Below, one piece after another: positions 1-9,305 of a stretch of 50,458 nt of DNA (positions are counted from its first letter, which is position 1; each line of letters starts with the position of its first letter). The position numbers and the translations under genes were made by a program. The stretch covers positions 1-50,458 of IMG/VR virus record IMGVR_UViG_3300027985_001270; one strand, written 5' to 3'. The notes beneath the pieces are model-generated. The model saw only the letters and a list, made by a program, of their open reading frames with translations, had not been told where the DNA came from and did not search any database. This DNA is from a virus. Its lineage: Duplodnaviria > Caudoviricetes.

Positions 1-273
1 ATTCTATATATAGTATAAAAATACCGAAATACCCGTTCTAGGCAAATTGAAAGTCTTTAAAAACAAATACTTAGACCCTCCTCCAAGAACACTTTAACCT
101 GTTCTACCCCCCTTCCTAGGTCGATTATTAGTACCACTGCCAACTAAACGCCTCACATATACAAAATAAAAATTAATTATAATTGTGAAATAGGTCAAGA
201 ACTGACCCGAATAAGTCACCTAATCAGACTAAATTGAATACAGAAACTTATAGGACTAAATTGAGTACAAGTA

Positions 274-429
274 TTAAAGTGCGAAATCTAACGTGATTGG
301 AAAGGTACCATTAAGTGAACTAACAAGCAGCACCACAATGGCAAAAAGAACAAATATATTCAGAAAGAACACAGAAATCAAAAAGATATTATAGCAACTC
401 TCAGCCAACCTAATTAAGTAATTCTTCAT
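274..429 (-). CDS. small hydrophobic (single-TM) protein, 51 aa, not in ORF track
   Basis: Manual translation MKNYLIRLAESCYNIFLISVFFLNIFVLFAIVVLLVSSLNGTFPITLDFAL*; preceded by GAGGA. Confidence 0.5.
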   Translation of the reverse strand: MKNYLIRLAESCYNIFLISVFFLNIFVLFAIVVLLVSSLNGTFPITLDFAL

Positions 430-806
430 ACAAATCCTCTCTTTCTATCTCCCTAAGAAGTTTCAAGGTCTCTAGATCAAACTCCTCACTTGCAAATTCC
501 TCTCCATCTAGTACCAATCTTAAAATAGCCTCTTCAACCATAACATCCTCTCTTAATGTCACAAATCCCCCTTCTGTCTTAAAAATTCCATCCAGATCTC
601 AACTAACTCACTATAATCTTCAAGTTCCTCACTTCCCATCCCCAGCATTGCGAACTCTCTCTGCGTCATTTTGGGTATCATAATATCTAAGTCTTCCATT
701 CTTCCTATCTCCCCTTTCTAAGTGTATCGCAATTCTAGTCACAAGTAAAGCATAAATTACATATATTCCAGCACCAACCAAAAACCAAAAAAGCATACTC
801 CCCCCC

Positions 807-1181
807 TTAGGGCATAAACACCCTCTTACCTGACCTAGTCTTCCTCGTACTCAAATGGCACCAAGTCTTAGTCCTAGAAGGATCTTCCATGTACAAGTCT
901 AACTTCTCTAACACATTCAAGTTAGCCATAATCCACTTCTTAATCTTACCATTCCTATCAACAAGATCAACAGCCTCGCAAGTCAAGTGGGCACTATTAG
1001 GACTACCTCCAGCAGCAGCATTATACTTTCCAGGTCTATACCCAGAACTAACCGAAACAACCACTCCATACTCTTCCTGAAACTGCTCAATCTTCTCTAA
1101 CAATATTCGCATATTCTCTTTTTGTTTCTCAGTCAAAGGATACTCCTCATCCCTTCCCATTAAATACTCTTTCTCAGTCAT
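807..1181 (-). CDS. Peptidase M15A-type Zn peptidase (cell-wall hydrolase / endolysin candidate)
   Basis: SSGYR...N...GG..NSAH...AVD and WCH motifs typical of the M15A family. Confidence 0.85.
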   Translation of the reverse strand: MTEKEYLMGRDEEYPLTEKQKENMRILLEKIEQFQEEYGVVVSVSSGYRPGKYNAAAGGSPNSAHLTCEAVDLVDRNGKIKKWIMANLNVLEKLDLYMEDPSRTKTWCHLSTRKTRSGKRVFMP

Positions 1182-1213
1182 ATCTAACTCCTAGTTGTGA
1201 AAAAGTAACAATA

Positions 1214-1663
1214 TTAAAGTAAAACAATCCTATTTCTAGTCTCAAAACAAATAACCGGACAATCTTCTCCCTTCTCCATCCCCTTAGTGCACCGCAAAAC
1301 CTCTCTAGTCCTCTTCCTCATCTCTTTCCACTTATCTAAGTCAATCCCCTCAGCTTCAAGGCTCTCAGTAATAATAGGCTTCTCAAACTTCTTCACCCCT
1401 TTAGGCTTCACAGTCGTACACATATGCTGTGTCTTTTTTATGGCACTTCTAGTATCTAAAATTTGTTTATTAATATCATCAATCCTCTTCTCATCTTCTG
1501 TCTTCTCTATAAGCTTATTAACCTCATTCTCCCTACTATTAAGAAACTCACTACTATTCGTGAATTGTTCACAATCTAAACGTATTGCATCCCTAAGCAC
1601 CTTCAACTCATTAGCCAACCTATCTAAATACTCCAACAATCTCTTTCCATCTTCATTAATCAT
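1214..1663 (-). CDS. hypothetical protein (coiled-coil)
   Basis: ORF with GGAG RBS, colinear with neighbours. Confidence 0.6.
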   Translation of the reverse strand: MINEDGKRLLEYLDRLANELKVLRDAIRLDCEQFTNSSEFLNSRENEVNKLIEKTEDEKRIDDINKQILDTRSAIKKTQHMCTTVKPKGVKKFEKPIITESLEAEGIDLDKWKEMRKRTREVLRCTKGMEKGEDCPVICFETRNRIVLL

Positions 1664-1672
1664 TTACAACTC

Positions 1673-2251
1673 CTAACAAACCTTATCTACCATTATTGAC
1701 AATATATCTAATATATAATTAACACGTACTATATTAGAAGTCAAGACAAAATCAGCATTATGTGGCTGAGTAAGCAAAAAATTAAAAGGCAAACTACACT
1801 TATTCCCCACATTAACAACCGTACTTAACCTATCATCCGCAAACGCCAAAAAGTGATACTTATTCTTCAAGTTGTTAATAATCTGACTCTTCTCCTTAGA
1901 GAAAATCAAATCATCATAAGTAAAACCACTCTCATCTAAATTAAACTCAGTGTCCCTTCTAAACTTAGACGGTCTAGCAGTTATCAACACTATCTTAATG
2001 CCCATACTCTTTAACTTATTAACAAACGACACCGCCCCCCAACAAGCAGGTAAATTCCTATAAAATCCTATTTTTTCTAGCATATGTAGGAAAGCATTCA
2101 TTCTCTTCTGAGAAAAATCATAATCAGTCATACTACTTAACGATACTAAATCATCCTTAGCCTCATTCCAAGCATCAAGAAACGGACCAAGAAACGAAAC
2201 TAAAGTATCATCTATATCCAACGCCATAGCTAACTTCTTTCCTGCGCACAT
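1673..2251 (-). CDS. HAD-superfamily 5'(3')-deoxyribonucleotidase-like protein
   Basis: DIDDTL motif I, ITAR motif II, K, FADD motif IV, C-terminal PHN. Confidence 0.8.
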   Translation of the reverse strand: MCAGKKLAMALDIDDTLVSFLGPFLDAWNEAKDDLVSLSSMTDYDFSQKRMNAFLHMLEKIGFYRNLPACWGAVSFVNKLKSMGIKIVLITARPSKFRRDTEFNLDESGFTYDDLIFSKEKSQIINNLKNKYHFLAFADDRLSTVVNVGNKCSLPFNFLLTQPHNADFVLTSNIVRVNYILDILSIMVDKVC

Positions 2252-2254
2252 ATT

Positions 2255-2515
2255 CTACTCCTCAAGTAAATGCAATAATAAACAAACAGTCCTGACCTTC
2301 TCCACATCCAGCGCATCTTCACTCTTCAACATCCGCTCAAAAATCTTCAAAAGCATTCTCCTATCCATCGTCTCACTACACCCCCTTATCGCCACTCTAG
2401 CCTCTATAGTCATTTTATTTAGTGAGTCTTCAACTACCAACTTCTTAATGTCCTGCATAGCCTGCATAAGTCCAATCTTTTTGTTTTTAAAATCATCTTT
2501 AATTTTATTAATCAT
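2255..2515 (-). CDS. hypothetical protein
   Basis: ORF with GGGAG RBS; C-terminus resembles that of 2531..2941. Confidence 0.6.
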   Translation of the reverse strand: MINKIKDDFKNKKIGLMQAMQDIKKLVVEDSLNKMTIEARVAIRGCSETMDRRMLLKIFERMLKSEDALDVEKVRTVCLLLHLLEE

Positions 2516-2530
2516 AATAACTCTCCCACA

Positions 2531-2941
2531 CTAATTAGAATAATAAATCATAAAAGCTAAAGCCTTAACCTCCTGTAAATTTAATCTCTCACTAGAAGTA
2601 ATCAAATCCTCCAACTGCTCAACAAACACTTCTCTATTCTTATGCCCTAAACTCTGCATAAAATTCTTAACACTATCAGGAATATTTCCCTTAAAGTTCT
2701 CAACAATTAAATTAATTATAGAATGAAATACATTATCCAAACTACTTAACTTATTAGTATATAAAGACTTTAAACGATTAATCTCGATCTCCATGGGATT
2801 AAACATTCTATTCTTCCAATAAGGCTCACAATCTGGAGTTCTAGTATTCTTAGTTCTTTTGTAAATACTATTACTTGCTTTTCTAGGTAAGTATTTCTTA
2901 TTGTCATAACTCATACATACTCCTTTAATAAAGAGTACCAC
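2531..2941 (-). CDS. hypothetical protein (likely start ATG near 2914)
   Basis: AAGGAG RBS before the internal ATG; sigma70-like promoter at 2932-2960. Confidence 0.6.
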   Translation of the reverse strand: MVLFIKGVCMSYDNKKYLPRKASNSIYKRTKNTRTPDCEPYWKNRMFNPMEIEINRLKSLYTNKLSSLDNVFHSIINLIVENFKGNIPDSVKNFMQSLGHKNREVFVEQLEDLITSSERLNLQEVKALAFMIYYSN

Positions 2942-2967
2942 ATAAGTATAAAACTGTCAAGGATTTA

Positions 2968-3243
2968 TTATAAAGATAATAGTGAAAAATTCACACTTCT
3001 GATTCTATCAACCTGACTAACCACTAACCGACAGGAAGCCCTTTCTAAATCAAACCCAACCATATCACAAGCACTAGCTTTAACTCCCAATTCTTCTGCA
3101 AGCTTCCTATATTCTAACTCAACCTTATCGTAATCTAAATCTGAAAGATGATCATACTCCGGCTTCAAGTAGTAACAATACTTACATTCAAGAATAAGCC
3201 AAGAAAGTTTATTGAATCTATCGTACTTTTCTGTATACATCAT
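2968..3243 (-). CDS. stand-alone NAD-dependent DNA ligase N-terminal (domain Ia)-like protein
   Basis: YY....D.LSDLDYD.V..E...L resembles the LigA domain Ia motif YY..D.P.ISD.EYD.L..EL. Confidence 0.6.
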   Translation of the reverse strand: MMYTEKYDRFNKLSWLILECKYCYYLKPEYDHLSDLDYDKVELEYRKLAEELGVKASACDMVGFDLERASCRLVVSQVDRIRSVNFSLLSL

Positions 3244-3346
3244 CTACAGACCTCGGATCTACCCAATAACTATTATTACAGCCAGGACAAAAATAATCCC
3301 CCTTACCGTAATAGACCATCTCAGTTCCACAATCAGGACAAACCAT
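3218..3346 (-). CDS. small zinc-ribbon protein, 42 aa, not in ORF track
   Basis: MVCPDCGTEMVYYGKGDYFCPGCNNSYW...; AGGAGG RBS. Confidence 0.65.
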   Translation of the reverse strand: MVCPDCGTEMVYYGKGDYFCPGCNNSYWVDPRSVDDVYRKVR

Positions 3347-3440
3347 AAAACCTCCTAATTACCTACTAAATTAAAAAACAATATTAATGAAAAGGAAATA
3401 ATTAATATGTAAAATAAAATAAACAAACTCACACTTCTAA

Positions 3441-3809
3441 TCATATCCCACTCCTTAACTTCTTTAAAGGTTTGTAATAAGGACAATTTTTATCGTGACC
3501 AAACGTCAATAAATTATATGAAGAACACTTACAAGCACTATCATCTCTCTCGCCGCTAACTCTATCATAAAATTCCCACCTACCCCAATCATGACCGTAC
3601 TCATCAGTATAACTTTCAAACCCTCTAGCAGTCCTACAACAAATCTCTCTCCCCTTCTCATCAATACCTTCCAACGTAAAATCACTAATTCCCTTTATAA
3701 GGTCTGAAAATTCTTTAGGAATAACAAATTTATCAGGATTCCAAAGAGTCCATCTAATCTTCTTACCTTTTACCATATTAAAAAAGTCTAAAGCTTCCTC
3801 TCTAGTCAT
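3441..3809 (-). CDS. hypothetical protein with C-terminal CxC...GH...C putative Zn site
   Basis: CKCSSYNLLTFGHDKNCPY; GAGGAG RBS. Confidence 0.6.
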   Translation of the reverse strand: MTREEALDFFNMVKGKKIRWTLWNPDKFVIPKEFSDLIKGISDFTLEGIDEKGREICCRTARGFESYTDEYGHDWGRWEFYDRVSGERDDSACKCSSYNLLTFGHDKNCPYYKPLKKLRSGI

Positions 3810-4059
3810 TTTTAAGCTCCTCTATACGATTAAGCAAAAATTCCCTATCTCTCAATGACAAATCTAATTCTAACGTCCACTCATAAACAGTTATTATTGG
3901 AATATGATTACAAGCACTATATAAAGCAGCGTACATCTTCTTATCTTCAGTTCCTTCCATATACTTAAAGTATTGTGCCTTTTCAAGTTTAGTATCCATA
4001 TTAATTTTCCTGATCATCATCATTAGTATTATTAATAACCCATCCAAATAGCCCCTCAT
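3802..4059 (-). CDS. hypothetical protein (start may be the internal MDTK)
   Basis: ORF track; overlaps the next gene start. Confidence 0.5.
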   Translation of the reverse strand: MRGYLDGLLIILMMMIRKINMDTKLEKAQYFKYMEGTEDKKMYAALYSACNHIPIITVYEWTLELDLSLRDREFLLNRIEELKND

Positions 4060-4280
4060 TTACTAACATAATCTCGCTCCAGTTAAAGGTTAATATTGCT
4101 TATAAATCAGTCTTATTTAATCTCTTATAATACTCCTGAGTAGTTAACCAACTTCTCTCTTTATGAATTTCTGTTCTAGTCTCTTTCACAGTAACAGTCC
4201 TAGGCTCCTCAATCTTATGATGAATCTCACCAATAGTCACACCACCTACCACAAACATAATTAAAATTACTAATACCATA

Positions 4281-4718
4281 CTAAACCTCCTTCTTTTGCT
4301 TTCTAATATCTCTCTTATATCTTCTCTTCTCTTTATCTAGTAACTTCTTATCATAACAGGCATGAAAATACAAATCAGGATAATAATCTCGCATAATCTT
4401 AGCCGCCATCTTATCTGTAAACTTCTCCACCTTTAAGCGCATCAACCTATCATATCTATAACTACTTTTAAACGAATAAAACTTTTTAAACCAACCATTC
4501 TTTTTCTGTAAAATATGACTAAATTCATGAAAAAAAACGGTCCAAAAAAAGTCTGGTGTCCTTTCAAAAGTATCCATATCTAAACTTATATTATAACCAT
4601 CAGTAAATCCCCAAGGAGCATTTTTAGCATTAGATTTATAGAATTTTAATTTAGCTCCCACATCACCAGCTAAAATCTTCATATTTTCTAAGTGTAGTAT
4701 TAATTCTGCCTTAGTCAT
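4281..4718 (-). CDS. HExxH zinc metallopeptidase-like protein (ImmA/IrrE-like fold)
   Basis: WTVFFHEFSHIL plus a downstream E (VEKFTD); AAGGAGG RBS. Confidence 0.6.
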   Translation of the reverse strand: MTKAELILHLENMKILAGDVGAKLKFYKSNAKNAPWGFTDGYNISLDMDTFERTPDFFWTVFFHEFSHILQKKNGWFKKFYSFKSSYRYDRLMRLKVEKFTDKMAAKIMRDYYPDLYFHACYDKKLLDKEKRRYKRDIRKQKKEV

Positions 4719-4897
4719 TTAAACCTCCTTATTGTCCTAATTTATTATACTCTTTAAAAGCCCTCTTCTGATCTTTAAACTTCACTTCCGCAATAAGATC
4801 ACCATTATACTTATAAGTGGATACAATAAAAGTATTATCCTCTTTAAACAAGTAATATTTAAACTTTTTATTATTATGAAATCTGATAACCATATCA

Positions 4898-4971
4898 AAC
4901 TCCCTTTGTTATTTCTTACTATAATTAAGCATAACACGGATGTTCGAATCTGTCAAGAACTTTTTTGAATT
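4898..4971 (-). repeat. ~75-bp promoter+RBS cassette, copy 1
   Basis: Near-identical to 5331-5406 (ttgttatttcttactataattaagcataacac...gtcaagaact.ttttgaatt); TTGACA-17-TATGCT. Confidence 0.85.
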
Positions 4972-5326
4972 AAACCGCTCTTAAATATGCGGCAAAAGGT
5001 TTAGCAATAATATCTCTTTCTAAAAACTCATATAACTCTAAAGCATCAGCTACCGTCATCTTCCACTCATTCAAGAACCACCAATTACCCTGTCTCACCA
5101 CTTCAAGCAATCTGCCATCACTCTCATCCTCAAACTCAATATCAACTGCCTCTTCATGAAATAAACCCTCATCTAACTGCTCAAGCAGAGACTCTTTAGA
5201 TTCTTTACTAATCTGATAAACAATATTCGTTCTATCATTAAAGATAATTAACGAACCACTACTCTTACTTACACAGAACTCAAAATGTCTAACTCTTTTT
5301 ACGCTTGAATATAAAACATTTTCCAT
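4970..5326 (-). CDS. hypothetical protein
   Basis: ORF with GAGGAG RBS, flanked by the duplicated promoter cassette. Confidence 0.65.
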   Translation of the reverse strand: MENVLYSSVKRVRHFEFCVSKSSGSLIIFNDRTNIVYQISKESKESLLEQLDEGLFHEEAVDIEFEDESDGRLLEVVRQGNWWFLNEWKMTVADALELYEFLERDIIAKPFAAYLRAV

Positions 5327-5330
5327 TTTG

Positions 5331-5406
5331 AACTCCTCTGTTTGTTATTTCTTACTATAATTAAGCATAACACATCTAGAACGAAAGTCAAGAACTATTT
5401 TGAATT
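5331..5406 (-). repeat. ~75-bp promoter+RBS cassette, copy 2
   Basis: TTGACT-16-TATGCT; direct repeat of 4898-4971. Confidence 0.85.
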
Positions 5407-5578
5407 ATTTTTTAATAAAATATAACTAAATACCAATTATATCACTAACATCTCCTCTTTTATCACTTACATCCCCATCTATACTACTATGAACACCAAA
5501 AATTTTATCTCCATTTTCATTATAATAAAAAACATCAACGTCTTTTAATTAATTTTGCTCTCATATATACCTTCAATA

Positions 5579-5818
5579 TTATCTCTTTCTTAAAAGTGAA
5601 ATAGAATTATTTACATCATCCTCATCTTCTTCATCCTCACCTATATCTTCCTCCCCCTCTCTAAGCAGTGAAATCCCTCCACCATCTGCAGTCATAATCT
5701 CATCCTCTTCCTCTCCACCATAAAACACAGCTATTATAATCTTATTTACTACAACTACAATAATATCTTTAACCATTAAACCTAAAACAATCGCTGCCAC
5801 TAAAGTAAGAAAGTTCAT
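5579..5818 (-). CDS. membrane-anchored acidic protein
   Basis: N-terminal TM, D/E-rich tail with ISLLR repeated twice. Confidence 0.6.
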   Translation of the reverse strand: MNFLTLVAAIVLGLMVKDIIVVVVNKIIIAVFYGGEEEDEIMTADGGGISLLREGEEDIGEDEEDEDDVNNSISLLRKR

Positions 5819-5844
5819 AATCGCTCCCTAGTTAAAGTTATTTG

Positions 5845-6162
5845 CTATTTCTTAACGCTCTTTCTATAATCACAAGCAGGACAATGACCCATCACATACG
5901 TTCCTAAATCTAAAAAGTCTAAAGGATGATTACACTTAGGACACCTAACTTCACCTACAACCTCCTCCATCTCAATAGCCGCCTCAACCTGCACATTTAC
6001 CGATTCAAGCATATCCAACTCTTCAATCTCACTAGTTAAAGCCTCTTCTCTCTTTCTCATTCTAGAAACTTTTCTACGTAATAACTTTATAGTCTTTTGT
6101 AACTTTTGATTTTCTTTTTCAAGAGATTCTATTTTGGTTTTCATTATATCAATGTCTTCCAC
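5845..6162 (-). CDS. coiled-coil protein with C-terminal zinc ribbon
   Basis: Heptad pattern followed by CPKC...CPAC. Confidence 0.65.
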   Translation of the reverse strand: MEDIDIMKTKIESLEKENQKLQKTIKLLRRKVSRMRKREEALTSEIEELDMLESVNVQVEAAIEMEEVVGEVRCPKCNHPLDFLDLGTYVMGHCPACDYRKSVKK

Positions 6163-6200
6163 TTAGTGCCTCTTGGGTTAAAGGTTAATATTATGTAAAT

Positions 6201-6229
6201 AGCATATCACAAAGCTTCAAACCTGTCAA
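6201..6229 (-). promoter_or_regulatory. sigma70-type promoter
   Basis: TTGACA-17-TATGCT with TG extension. Confidence 0.75.
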
Positions 6230-6232
6230 GAA

Positions 6233-6439
6233 CTATTTTCCATTATGATCTAAAACCGTTCTCCAATATAAACTCTCCTCAATCTTAGCCTTCACCCACG
6301 AATCATAATCCTTATAAGCACTCTCCTTATCATTACTGCCGTTAAAATTAATAACTAATATAAAAGAAATAATCATACCTATAAATAATAGAAGTCTAAT
6401 CATATTAGTCCTCCAAGTTGCTCTTAACAAATAAAACAT
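6233..6439 (-). CDS. small single-TM protein (likely start MIRLL)
   Basis: Hydrophobic N-terminus; GGAGG before the internal ATG. Confidence 0.55.
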   Translation of the reverse strand: MFYLLRATWRTNMIRLLLFIGMIISFILVINFNGSNDKESAYKDYDSWVKAKIEESLYWRTVLDHNGK

Positions 6440-6698
6440 ATCCCATTAGAACATTGTAAGAGATAAATAAAACAATACTTGTAATCATATAAACCTCACT
6501 TATTGTAATATATCAAATAAAATTCTTAATAATATTATGAAAGAGAAAGTAACAATGATAAAAATGTTTTCTTTACTTATTTTCATATCCTCCTCCCCCT
6601 TATTACTTACCCATTATCTTTTAATATCACTACCAAAACTACCCAAATCACTAAACCTATTGTTCCTATTACCCCCATATCGTCCTCCCTATAACAAC

Positions 6699-6727
6699 AG
6701 CATATCACAGAGAAGCTACAAAGTCAA
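6699..6727 (-). promoter_or_regulatory. sigma70-type promoter
   Basis: TTGACT-17-TATGCT. Confidence 0.7.
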
Positions 6728-7151
6728 GAACTTTCTTTCTATATTTTTGAGCAGTCTTAGTATTAACACAATTCTTCTTTACACCACAATTATATCGAGC
6801 AACATAATTTTTAGGATACTTCTTCTTAAACCATCCTAAAATCCTAGCACCATGTTTAATGCTATACTTATAATCATGAGTCAACCTAAACTTATCTAAT
6901 TTATGGAAATCATTAATCTGAGCAATACCACTATCCTTAGTTCTCTTATTCTCAGCACTAAGAATAAATCTAGATTCCACCTTTAACACACCTAAATAAA
7001 CTTTAGTGGGAACATTATACTCAACAGAATAAACCTTAGCATAATAGGCTATTAAGAAAGCTTGAGCAGGATCTAAGTTCTTATTGGCTTCCATTATACT
7101 TACACTTCTCAAATAAAGGGTAATTAATAATGTAATCATTTGAACCTCCAT
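6705..7151 (-). CDS. lytic transglycosylase (SLT domain) with N-terminal hydrophobic segment (likely start ATG 7139)
   Basis: VLKVESRF (catalytic E-S), DSGIAQIN, ARYNCG motifs. Confidence 0.85.
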   Translation of the reverse strand: MEVQMITLLITLYLRSVSIMEANKNLDPAQAFLIAYYAKVYSVEYNVPTKVYLGVLKVESRFILSAENKRTKDSGIAQINDFHKLDKFRLTHDYKYSIKHGARILGWFKKKYPKNYVARYNCGVKKNCVNTKTAQKYRKKVLDFVASL

Positions 7152-7157
7152 TTATCC

Positions 7158-7186
7158 AGCATAATACAAACCAATCTAAAAGTCAA
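7158..7186 (-). promoter_or_regulatory. sigma70-type promoter for the SLT gene
   Basis: TTGACT-17-TATGCT. Confidence 0.7.
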
Positions 7187-7267
7187 CCCCAACCGTCAAA
7201 TATTTCTTAACGTATTGAAAAATAACAAATTTACATTATATGCCTAATTGTTTAAGAATAAAAAGCC

Positions 7268-7296
7268 TTGACAAAAAGCGCCAAAAATGGTATAAT
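7268..7296 (+). promoter_or_regulatory. consensus sigma70 promoter at the strand switch
   Basis: TTGACA-17-TATAAT with extended -10 TG. Confidence 0.85.
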
Positions 7297-7350
7297 ATAA
7301 TAATAGAACGAGGCAATTTAAGTCAATAAAAAGAAAGAAACGGAGCCTAC

Positions 7351-7746
7351 ATGAGTAATTATAGCAGCAAAGAATTTAAAGAACTTCAACAGTTTTGGTA
7401 TAATAAACTAGCCGAATCAGGTTTTAACGACATAGAAGACTTTAGAATAGAGTACGGAAATCAATCTAATGATCATCTTAAACGTTCTTGTAAAGATTTA
7501 GCACGTAAATATAACCAAGACACTTTCCAACACTTCGCCGATTGCAGAAATTTTCTCTGCCACGGCTATTTCTCGTCCAAAATAGACAAATTTATCTTCA
7601 AAATGTACACAGAAGGGCTATCTCTACGTCAAATAGCTGAATTACTACCTGAAAAACAATCATACTTCTACGTTCACACAAAACTAAAGAAAATTAAATC
7701 TGACCTTAAAGCCTATTTGATCAAGGAATCCGAAGATGACAGATAA
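7351..7746 (+). CDS. sigma-region-4-like HTH protein (candidate late-gene activator)
   Basis: C-terminal FKMYTEGLSLRQIAELL...VHTKLKKI HTH; first gene of the late strand. Confidence 0.65.
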   Translation: MSNYSSKEFKELQQFWYNKLAESGFNDIEDFRIEYGNQSNDHLKRSCKDLARKYNQDTFQHFADCRNFLCHGYFSSKIDKFIFKMYTEGLSLRQIAELLPEKQSYFYVHTKLKKIKSDLKAYLIKESEDDR

Positions 7747-8059
7747 TAATCTTAACCTACCTAAACGTAAGTTAGTGAAATTACAGGAATCTGACGTAAC
7801 AGTAGTACCTCAAGTAGATACTCTCATCACTGACGCCTTATCGATCATAGGTGCTGAGCTTGCACATTATAGATCTAAGACCAAAAAAGGCATTAACCTG
7901 GATATGAAAGAGGCTCGTATAGTTCAATCTTATGTTGAAGCACTAGTTAAACTAAATAAAGAAGCTCGTGAAACAGCTAGACAAGAGGACTTAAGTAACC
8001 TAAGTAATGAAGAACTGCTACAACTAGCAGAAACACTAGTAGCGAATAATAACAAATAA
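7736..8059 (+). CDS. probable terminase small subunit
   Basis: Helical protein ending DLSNLSNEELLQLA, upstream of terL; mainly positional. Confidence 0.45.
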   Translation: MTDNNLNLPKRKLVKLQESDVTVVPQVDTLITDALSIIGAELAHYRSKTKKGINLDMKEARIVQSYVEALVKLNKEARETARQEDLSNLSNEELLQLAETLVANNNK

Positions 8060-8108
8060 ACATTAGCATAAAGATAAAAAAACCCTTAAGATAAACTGGG
8101 ACAGCAAA

Positions 8109-8297
8109 ATGAAAACAAAAGAACTCTGCAACGAAACCTACCGAGACCTATGTGCCGAACTAGGTCAATTACAACTTCAAAAAGACGCCTTAGACAAAAG
8201 AGCTGCCGAAATACTAGCTCAGATCACCCTTCTTAATGCTTTATCGCCCAAATTACAAACAATAGAAGCTTCATTAGAAGTAAACAAAAAGGACTAA
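8109..8297 (+). CDS. small coiled-coil protein
   Basis: ORF track. Confidence 0.6.
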   Translation: MKTKELCNETYRDLCAELGQLQLQKDALDKRAAEILAQITLLNALSPKLQTIEASLEVNKKD

Positions 8298-8299
8298 CA

Positions 8300-8788
8300 A
8301 TGAGCGAAAATCCCAACATCGGATCTAAATTTGAATCAACCCCACGTCCACCAGTACGCTTAAGGGTTGCAGTAGCCGAAGATATTAGCTTTATCTTCAA
8401 CTCCTGGCTTAAAAGTTATCGAAACTCAAACCAGGCTCATCTAGTATGTAACTCAATCTACTTCTCTGAGCAACACAAACTCATTGAAAGATTAGTTAAA
8501 GACTCAAAAGTTATAGTAGCCTGTAACAATGAAGACCCTACTCAACTATACGGCTACATCTGTGCTGGCAATATTGAAGGAATCTTCTGCCTACACTACC
8601 TTTATGTTAAACATAGCTTCAGAGGTTTAGGTATAGCAACAGCATTAATTAACGCTTTCGAACACGACGTTTCTTCTGCTGGAATCTTTACCCACATGAC
8701 AAAACCAATGGAACGTTTAGCAATAAGATTTAATCTAGTATATCATCCTTACATCCTTACTAACTACGTAAACAAAAAGGAGGAATAA
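8300..8788 (+). CDS. GNAT-family acetyltransferase
   Basis: LYVKHSFRGLGIATALI acetyl-CoA binding motif A. Confidence 0.85.
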   Translation: MSENPNIGSKFESTPRPPVRLRVAVAEDISFIFNSWLKSYRNSNQAHLVCNSIYFSEQHKLIERLVKDSKVIVACNNEDPTQLYGYICAGNIEGIFCLHYLYVKHSFRGLGIATALINAFEHDVSSAGIFTHMTKPMERLAIRFNLVYHPYILTNYVNKKEE

Positions 8789-9169
8789 GTGAGTATCAAA
8801 ATGACCCTCTCAATCAAAGGAACTGATTACGAGATACAAATCGTTTCAGATGCAGCCTATAAAAAACTACTTGGAAGTGGAAGCGCTGCACTAACAGATA
8901 GAGAGAACAAAGTAATGATATTTAACGAGAAGTTCATAACCGCTGGAACAGTTAGACACGAACTCCTTCATGCTATTTATGGTGAAACTCATGTAGAATC
9001 AGCTGACCTAGCTCCTGATGAAGTAGAAGAAATCTTTGCCTCAATAGTAGATTATCAATTTAATAACATAATCTTATGGACTGAACAAATATTAAACAAA
9101 GTGCTATCTAAGAATAACAAAAGTAAAACAAAGGACATTTATGAACGAGAACGAAATAAAAGAGCTTAA
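8789..9169 (+). CDS. HExxH metallopeptidase-like protein
   Basis: TVRHELLHAI...EE. Confidence 0.65.
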   Translation: MSIKMTLSIKGTDYEIQIVSDAAYKKLLGSGSAALTDRENKVMIFNEKFITAGTVRHELLHAIYGETHVESADLAPDEVEEIFASIVDYQFNNIILWTEQILNKVLSKNNKSKTKDIYERERNKRA

Positions 9170-9305
9170 AAAGAAACTAAAGGAACTGTCAAAGAACGAC
9201 CTCGTTCGTATGGTCCTTAAGTCTGCCACAATGGTTTCAGTATTAGAAAAAGTATGCAGTGATCTTAAAGAAGAAAATGACTCTCTTAAAAAAGGAAGCA
9301 ACTAA
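9141..9305 (+). CDS. small coiled-coil protein, 54 aa, not in ORF track
   Basis: MNENEIKELKKKLKELSKNDLVRMVL...; AAGGA RBS; stop overlaps the next ATG (TAATG). Confidence 0.6.
   Translation: MNENEIKELKKKLKELSKNDLVRMVLKSATMVSVLEKVCSDLKEENDSLKKGSN

Noticed and set aside
4898-5406. CRISPR-like or attachment-site repeats
   Set aside because: Only two long copies, explained as promoter+RBS cassettes; no spacer periodicity and no integrase
889-6839. + strand ORFs 889..1080, 1287..1676, 3148..3348, 6537..6839
   Set aside because: Antisense shadows of well-supported - strand genes, without RBS or motifs
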